A stretch of 64,000 bases of DNA, taken from the NCBI GenBank assembly GCA_948468315.1, contig CAOKHL010000006.1:16919-80918 (forward strand), in the 5' to 3' direction. The notes beneath the pieces are model-generated. The model was not told the DNA's origin. It made no database searches and was given only the letters and a program-made list of their open reading frames with translations. Every line of letters starts with the position of its first letter. Position 1 is the stretch's first letter. The position numbers and the translations under genes were made by a program. This document shows, piece by piece, positions 58,448 through 64,000 of this stretch. This DNA comes from an uncultured Eubacteriales bacterium (GTDB lineage: Bacteria; Bacillota; Clostridia; TANB77; CAG-508).

Positions 58448-58476
58448 GTTTCTAACAATATAACATAATTATTAAA

Positions 58477-58974
58477 TTATCCTATTAGGCTTCCTTCTAA
58501 AGTATATCGCCTGCTTTTACCAGTTATATTGTCAGTTTTAACAATAATTGGACCTGTTCCAGAAAATTCAACTTTTAATGTTTCCGACGCGTCTGAAAAG
58601 GCTATTATTCTTCCCATTTCGTCGAAAATCCTTTGCATGCCTTTCTTATCTGTCATCTTAACAAAAGTTTCATCTAATGCTGTGTAATAATTGACAACGG
58701 TTTCCGAATTAACTGAGCAAATCTTTTGACAAGTCTTCATTGAGAAAATGTCTCTCTCTTTGTCAGTTATTCCCTCAACTAAATTGTCTAGTTCATTTCC
58801 TGTAGATGGTCTTAAATTAATCAAGCAGATATGGTTATATTTTTTCTCCTTCCGTATTTCTGTTTTTGGTTCATCCTCGCTCTTCTCATGAATTGCGAAG
58901 ATTTTTACCTCATTGTTGTCTGTAACCTCAATTTGTCTAAAATTCCCATTTTTTTCTCCTACTTGGTTAATCAT
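58477..58974 (-). CDS. unknown protein, paralog B of the tandem pair (165 aa), higher G+C
   Basis: GAAAGGAGCGCAATA lies before ATG 58974. A promoter-like TTGAAA-17-TAAAAT lies upstream. In-frame CGG at 58854..58852. Confidence 0.7.
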   Translation of the reverse strand: MINQVGEKNGNFRQIEVTDNNEVKIFAIHEKSEDEPKTEIRKEKKYNHICLINLRPSTGNELDNLVEGITDKERDIFSMKTCQKICSVNSETVVNYYTALDETFVKMTDKKGMQRIFDEMGRIIAFSDASETLKVEFSGTGPIIVKTDNITGKSRRYTLEGSLIG

Positions 58975-59071
58975 TATTGCGCTCCTTTCTGCAAAAAAAT
59001 TTTTGTTACATGCTATATTTTATCATATTTATTCGAATTTTTCAACTAATACCAATCACACTTTGGTTCAG

Positions 59072-59100
59072 AAAAAAAGAACTCTTAAGAGTTCTTTTCT
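59072..59100 (-). terminator. terminator after rplL
   Basis: aaaagaactctt / aagagttctttt palindrome followed by a T-run in minus sense. Confidence 0.7.
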
Positions 59101-59108
59101 TGTAATTA

Positions 59109-59477
59109 TTATTGTAATTCAATAGTAGCTCCAACTTCTGTAAATTTAGCTTTTAAGTCTTCAGCTTCTTCTTTGCTTACATTTTCTTTAACTGTTTTAG
59201 GAGCTCCATCAACTAATTCTTTAGCTTCTTTTAATCCTAATCCTGTAGCATCTCTAACTACTTTTATAACTTTTATTTTTTGGTCTCCTGCTGATGCTAA
59301 AACAACATTGAATGATGTTTTTTCTTCAGCTGCAGCTGCTCCTGCAGCTCCTCCAGCAGCTGGTGCAGCAGCTGCTACTGCTGATACTCCAAATTCTTCT
59401 TCAATAGCTTTTACTAATTCTGACAATTCAACAACTGTCATTTTTTTGATTTCTTCAATCATTTCTTCTTTATTCAT
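59109..59477 (-). CDS. rplL: 50S ribosomal protein L7/L12
   Basis: Ala/Gly hinge [17 protein letters not shown] and the C-terminal domain [12 protein letters not shown]. Confidence 0.95.
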   Translation of the reverse strand: MNKEEMIEEIKKMTVVELSELVKAIEEEFGVSAVAAAAPAAGGAAGAAAAEEKTSFNVVLASAGDQKIKVIKVVRDATGLGLKEAKELVDGAPKTVKENVSKEEAEDLKAKFTEVGATIELQ

Positions 59478-59578
59478 TTTTAAATCCTCCTAATAATTTT
59501 TTAATTAATTTTTATATGTATAACTTTTTTTCTGTTATACTAATTAGATATATTTTCATATATTTTTTGCTTATAAAA

Positions 59579-60079
59579 TTAAGCTTGTTCTTTTTGAACT
59601 CTAACTTGGTCAAGAGCAATTGCAAGTTTAGATATACTTGCAAGTAATCCGCCAGCAAGCATAGATAATAATTCTTGTCTTGATGGTAATTTTGCTAAAG
59701 TTATTATTTCTTCAGCTGTCATTACTTTTCCATCAACAACTCCACCTTTGATTTTATAAAAATCGTTATTTTTTGTAAAGTTATAAATTACTTTAGTTGG
59801 TTCTAAGTAATCTTCTTTAGTCATTATTACTGCTGTAGGTCCTTCTAATTGTTCATCTAAACCTTCTAGACCACATTCAGCTAATGCTCTTCTTGTTATA
59901 TTATTTTTTATAACTTTATAATCTGCTCCTATGTTTCTTAATTCTGTTCTCAATCCTGTAACATCTGAAACATTGATTCCTCTATAATCTGCTAAAAGTA
60001 TTAATTTAGAATCTTTCATTTGTTCAGCTAATTTAGATACTTCTTCTTTCTTTAAGTTAATATTTTTTTCACTTGCCAT
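59579..60079 (-). CDS. rplJ: 50S ribosomal protein L10
   Basis: 166 aa, positioned between rplA and rplL, with YRGINVSDVTGLR. Confidence 0.95.
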   Translation of the reverse strand: MASEKNINLKKEEVSKLAEQMKDSKLILLADYRGINVSDVTGLRTELRNIGADYKVIKNNITRRALAECGLEGLDEQLEGPTAVIMTKEDYLEPTKVIYNFTKNNDFYKIKGGVVDGKVMTAEEIITLAKLPSRQELLSMLAGGLLASISKLAIALDQVRVQKEQA

Positions 60080-60256
60080 TTGTTTTTCACCTCCCGAAAT
60101 TTTGTAAGTTTTATATTCTTAAAATTAAAAACTCGTTATTGCCTACAACTTAAGACATATAACGAGTAACTCTCTCTATATGCCTCGGTAGGACTTATTT
60201 TATAAATTACTTAAGTATTTACAAATAATTCATTGCCTACTGTCTTTGGCTAATTA
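60080..60256 (-). promoter_or_regulatory. likely ribosomal protein L10 leader with attenuator hairpin
   Basis: A 177-nt untranslated gap lies between rplA and rplJ. In minus sense CTCGTTAT...ATAACGAG is followed by TTTTT, and GC-containing stems (GACAGTAGGC / CCTACCGAGGC) lie upstream. The position matches the known L10 leader. Confidence 0.5.
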
Positions 60257-60928
60257 TTATTCAATTGAAATTCCAGGTCCCATTGTTGTTGTAACTGAAA
60301 TATTTTTAATGTATTGTCCTTTTGCTGCTGCTGGTTTTGCTTTATTTATAGCATCCATAATTGTTTGATAGTTTTCTTGTAATTTTTGAGCTCCAAATGA
60401 AACTTTTCCAAATCCTAAGTGAATAATATTAGTTTTGTCTAATCTATATTCAACTTTACCTGATTTAATATCAGCTATTGCTTTTGTTACATCCATTGTT
60501 ACTGTTCCTGATTTTGGGTTCGGCATTAATCCTTTTGGTCCTAATACTTTACCAAGTCTTCCTACAACACCCATCATATCTGGAGTTGCTACAACTACAT
60601 CATAATCGAACCAGTTGTCATTTTGGATTTTTGGTATTAATTCTTCTGCTCCAACATAATCTGCTCCAGCTTTTGTGGCTTCATCAGCTTTTGGTCCTTT
60701 AGCAAATACTAATACTTTTAGTGTTTTACCTGTACCATGAGGTAATACTACTGTTCCTCTAACTTGTTGGTCTGCATGTTTAGAATCTACTCCTAATCTT
60801 ACATGTAATTCAACTGTTTCATCAAATTTTGCCTTTGGCATTTTTTCGATAATTTCTAGTGCTTCATTAATTGGATATTTTTTGTTTGCTTCAATTAATT
60901 TTGAGCTTTCTTCATATCTTTTACTCAT
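60257..60928 (-). CDS. rplA: 50S ribosomal protein L1
   Basis: [14 protein letters not shown] and [12 protein letters not shown]. Confidence 0.95.
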   Translation of the reverse strand: MSKRYEESSKLIEANKKYPINEALEIIEKMPKAKFDETVELHVRLGVDSKHADQQVRGTVVLPHGTGKTLKVLVFAKGPKADEATKAGADYVGAEELIPKIQNDNWFDYDVVVATPDMMGVVGRLGKVLGPKGLMPNPKSGTVTMDVTKAIADIKSGKVEYRLDKTNIIHLGFGKVSFGAQKLQENYQTIMDAINKAKPAAAKGQYIKNISVTTTMGPGISIE

Positions 60929-61017
60929 TTTAAAAATCCTCCTTTGGTTTTAGCGAGCTTTTATACTCTCCCAATATTTATATAAATTTTAAATTTATAA
61001 CTATATAATAATTTTAA

Positions 61018-61446
61018 TTAATCAACTACTACTACACCCATAGAGCGAGCTGTTCCAGCTACTATGCTCATTGCTGCTTCAATTGATGCTGCATTTAAAT
61101 CAGGCATTTTTTGTTCTGCAATTGCTTTAACTTGTTCTTTAGTTATTTTAGCAACTTTATCTTTATTTGGTTTTCCAGAACCTTTTTGAATACCTAATGT
61201 TTTTTTGATTAATACTGCAACAGGTGGTACCTTTGTTATAAAGTCAAAAGATTTATCTTTGTAAACTGAAATAACAACTGGTATTATTAAACCTGCTTGG
61301 CTTGCTGTTCTATCATTAAATTCTTTTACGAATTGCATTATATTAACACCACTTGAACCTAAAGCTGGTCCTACTGGTGGAGCTGGTGTTGCCTTTCCTG
61401 CTTCTATTTGCAATTTTATTTGTTTAACTACTTCTTTTTCTGCCAT
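61018..61446 (-). CDS. rplK: 50S ribosomal protein L11
   Basis: [20 protein letters not shown]. Start set at ATG 61446, 9 nt after AAGGAGGTG. Confidence 0.95.
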   Translation of the reverse strand: MAEKEVVKQIKLQIEAGKATPAPPVGPALGSSGVNIMQFVKEFNDRTASQAGLIIPVVISVYKDKSFDFITKVPPVAVLIKKTLGIQKGSGKPNKDKVAKITKEQVKAIAEQKMPDLNAASIEAAMSIVAGTARSMGVVVVD

Positions 61447-61472
61447 AATGTATGGCACCTCCTTAATAAATC

Positions 61473-62009
61473 TTAATCTATTTTTTGAACTTGAGAAAAT
61501 TCTAGTTCTACTGGTGTTTCTCTACCAAACATAGAAACTAAAACTATTACTTTATTTTTATCTTTTTTGATTTCTTTTACTATTCCTGTATATCCATCTA
61601 ATGGACCTCCAAGAATTTTTACATTGTCATCAATACTATAATCAACATTTATTGGAACATTATCAAATCCCATTTTTCTTATTTCTTCATCAGAAAGAGG
61701 AATTGGGTCTGTACCTGAACCAACAAATCCTGTAACACCTCTTGTATTTCTAACAATATACCAAGATTCTTCTGTTACAATCATTTTTATTAAAACATAA
61801 CCTGGGAAAACCTTTTTTAAATTAGTTTTTTTCTGACCATCTTTTATTTCTATTTGTTCTTCCATTGGAACTATTATATCAAAAAAGAAGTCTTCTAATT
61901 CTCTATTTTTTACTGTTTTTTCAAGGTCTGTTTTTACTTTGTTTTCATAGCCTGAATAAGTATGTACTACATACCACCTTGGAACCATATCATAATCTTT
62001 TTGAGACAT
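61473..62009 (-). CDS. nusG: transcription termination/antitermination factor NusG
   Basis: [17 protein letters not shown] domain and a C-terminal KOW domain. Confidence 0.95.
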   Translation of the reverse strand: MSQKDYDMVPRWYVVHTYSGYENKVKTDLEKTVKNRELEDFFFDIIVPMEEQIEIKDGQKKTNLKKVFPGYVLIKMIVTEESWYIVRNTRGVTGFVGSGTDPIPLSDEEIRKMGFDNVPINVDYSIDDNVKILGGPLDGYTGIVKEIKKDKNKVIVLVSMFGRETPVELEFSQVQKID

Positions 62010-62029
62010 TGGCCTGGCCTCCCTTAATT

Positions 62030-62425
62030 TTATTCATTAGATTCAGTATTACTTTCTGATGACTCTTGATTATCAGAACTTTCATTGCTTACATTTTCCA
62101 AATTCTCATTTTCTGAATTTTCTTCATTATTTTCTGATGCTTCATTTGCATTGCTATTTTGGTCATTGTTTTTATCTGAATCTTCTGTTGTTTGGAATGA
62201 TGACTGAACTGTTTCTTGAAGTCTTGTTATTCCATATTTATTTATATTGTCGAAACAAAAATCTAATATGAATACTATTGCAGCTATAATTACTACAAAT
62301 ACAATTACTGCAACTGTATTATTAACAAGCTCTTTTGGTGTTGGCCAAACAACTTTTTTTAGCTCTGTTTTCATTTCTTTAAAATAGCTAGTTTTTTGTT
62401 TTACATCTTTTTCTTTTTTAGCCAT
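62030..62425 (-). CDS. secE: preprotein translocase subunit SecE with an unusually long acidic low-complexity C-terminal tail
   Basis: FKEMKTELKKVVWPTPKEL plus a single TM forms the SecE core. It is followed by about 70 aa rich in N/S/E/D. Confidence 0.85.
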   Translation of the reverse strand: MAKKEKDVKQKTSYFKEMKTELKKVVWPTPKELVNNTVAVIVFVVIIAAIVFILDFCFDNINKYGITRLQETVQSSFQTTEDSDKNNDQNSNANEASENNEENSENENLENVSNESSDNQESSESNTESNE

Positions 62426-62451
62426 TTTATATCCTCCTTAAAATAGCTTGA

Positions 62452-62616
62452 TTATTTTGTTTCTTTATGTGTTGTACGTTTTTTACAGAATTTACAGTAT
62501 TTAACTAACTCTAGTCTATCTGTATTATTTCTTTTATTTTTTGAAGTCATGTAATTTCTATTTTTGCATTCTGTGCATTCTAGTATAATATTCTCTCTTG
62601 GTCCTTTTGCTGCCAT
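62452..62616 (-). CDS. rpmG: 50S ribosomal protein L33
   Basis: Hand-translated [54 protein letters not shown], with GGAGGTG before the ATG. It is below the ORF-track cutoff. Confidence 0.9.
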   Translation of the reverse strand: MAAKGPRENIILECTECKNRNYMTSKNKRNNTDRLELVKYCKFCKKRTTHKETK

Positions 62617-62728
62617 TTTATACACCTCCGAATTAATTTACCTTTTATTTAAACGATGTGAACATATGCATCTAAGTTACATATGCCTAAATATTTTATC
62701 ACTTTAGTAGTAATATGTCAACCATTTT

Positions 62729-63313
62729 TTAACATTTTTTATTTTTTGTTCTCTTCTTTTTTTGTACTGAATAACCAAATCTTCCAATTTTCTTTCCTTG
62801 TGTGTAATATCCCCCATTTGCATATGATATTAAATCACATTTACTTATATCAAAAGCCCCTTTTTCATCTATATATTTATCATCTGCATTTATTGATAAT
62901 ACATCTGCTATAAACATATGATGACTTCCAAGTTCTTTTATTTCTCTTACTTTACATTCTATTGATACTGGACTTTCTTTTATCATTGGACATTTTACAA
63001 AATTTGCTTTTTCTTTGTGTAAATTTGTTTCTTTAAATTTATCATATTTATCACCTGACCTACAACCACACCAATCTGTTAATTTAGCTAAATCTTTGGT
63101 TGTTAAATTTATAACAAATTCTTTTTGTTCTTTTATTAAATTATACGAATATCTTTCTGGCCTAACAGATATATATACCATTGCAGGATTTGTATTTATT
63201 ATACCTGTCCATGCTACTGTTATAATATTTGATTTTTCCATTGTGCCACAAGATACCATAACTGCCGGTATTGGATATATGAAGGTCCCTGGCTTCCACA
63301 TTGTTTTTGACAT
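62729..63313 (-). CDS. flavin reductase-like (FMN-binding split-barrel) protein
   Basis: YPIPAVMVSCG...NIITVAWTGIINTNPAMVYISVRP is typical of the flavin reductase domain. Confidence 0.75.
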   Translation of the reverse strand: MSKTMWKPGTFIYPIPAVMVSCGTMEKSNIITVAWTGIINTNPAMVYISVRPERYSYNLIKEQKEFVINLTTKDLAKLTDWCGCRSGDKYDKFKETNLHKEKANFVKCPMIKESPVSIECKVREIKELGSHHMFIADVLSINADDKYIDEKGAFDISKCDLISYANGGYYTQGKKIGRFGYSVQKKKRTKNKKC

Positions 63314-63350
63314 TTTTTTATTATTAGGTTCTACCTAATTACTCCTTTCA

Positions 63351-64000
63351 CTATGGTTGTTCTACATTTTTTTCTTCTTTTTCATCATTGCTTTTTTTAT
63401 TATCTTTGTATTTTAGCATTTCTTCTTCTTTTTGTTCTTTTATTAATAATCTCTTTACTGCCTCTTCTAAGTTATCATCAAATGTTGTTATATATGTTTC
63501 TGTATCTTTGTCTAAACAAGAAATTCTTCCTGCAAACTGCCTTCCTTGTTTTCTTGCTTCGCACGCTGCAGATATTAATGATGTAAAGGCTTTCTTACTG
63601 CCTTCTAACACACTGTCTCCAACTTTTGGCTCAGCAAAAAAGTACATTGTTGCTATTTTACCTTTCTCATAAGCTACATCAAACCTATATTTACTTATTT
63701 TTTCTGGAGAAAATTTTGCAACAATTTTTTTTGGGTCAATTTTCTTTGATTTACCTGTTTGATAATTCGCAACTCTTTTTAATGTAAGATTTTCATCTTT
63801 ATATAATACAAGATCAGCATCAATTCCCCTTTTAGATAAATCTCCATATACATAATCTTCTTCTTTTTGCCTATCTATGCTTATTTTTAATATTTTTGAA
63901 TTTTCGTACAAAGATATTATAATTTCCTCATCATAATTCTTATTTTCCAGTCTTTCTATTTTTTCTAAAGCTTCTTTATAATATTTTGTTATATAATTCA
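63351..64000 (-). CDS. hypothetical protein, C-terminal part (ORF stays open to the right edge of the window)
   Basis: The frame stays open upstream of the TTG at 63911 (...KEALEKIERLENKNYDEEIIISLYENSK...), so the true start lies beyond 64000. No family recognised. Confidence 0.55.
   Translation of the reverse strand, partial: NYITKYYKEALEKIERLENKNYDEEIIISLYENSKILKISIDRQKEEDYVYGDLSKRGIDADLVLYKDENLTLKRVANYQTGKSKKIDPKKIVAKFSPEKISKYRFDVAYEKGKIATMYFFAEPKVGDSVLEGSKKAFTSLISAACEARKQGRQFAGRISCLDKDTETYITTFDDNLEEAVKRLLIKEQKEEEMLKYKDNKKSNDEKEEKNVEQP

Noticed and set aside
59173-59493. 106-aa plus-strand ORF with an Ala-rich stretch.
   Set aside because: It is antisense to rplL. The Ala run mirrors the L7/L12 hinge.

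Overview
The window is AT-rich: hand-counted lines give about 20-25% G+C. Genes are packed densely and almost all lie on the minus strand. The content points to an anaerobic, endospore-forming Firmicute of the Clostridia type. Spore genes include an alpha/beta-type SASP, the GPR germination protease, a SleB-like cortex hydrolase and a DUF1540 protein. Anaerobe metabolism genes include a trimeric HydABC-type [FeFe] hydrogenase operon, formate-THF ligase and glycogen phosphorylase/debranching enzymes. Most of the window is core housekeeping:
- cca, uvrA, rnhA, tsaC, rluB/rluD/lspA, holA, murB, truA, cdaA, pdp, rnhB, ispH and mfd;
- the rpmG-secE-nusG-rplK-rplA-rplJ-rplL cluster;
- a five-tRNA operon and two single tRNAs.

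I saw no transposase, integrase, CRISPR array or recognisable defence system.

The most notable observation is that seven conserved genes (uvrA, trxB, hydA, hydB, holA, truA twice, cdaA) are each interrupted by a +1 frameshift. All eight sites have the same form: one extra C directly 5' of a glycine GGN codon, which creates an in-frame CGG. No recognisable conserved gene here otherwise uses CGG in frame. This is either a systematic assembly or base-calling artefact, or CGG-linked +1 recoding. The sequence alone cannot decide between them.

Other items worth a second look:
- A tandem pair of unknown paralogous genes with higher G+C sits where rpoBC normally follows rplL.
- Two further stand-alone small ORFs also have higher G+C.
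- A 41-nt tandem intercistronic repeat family occurs inside the hydrogenase operon and upstream of a glycosyltransferase gene.
- A gene-poor islet lies next to the tRNA operon. It holds a 103-bp nested palindrome, an XRE/membrane-protein pair, decayed HTH remnants and a 22-aa type-I-toxin-like peptide gene.

Most plus-strand ORFs in the supplied track are antisense shadows of minus-strand genes and were not called.
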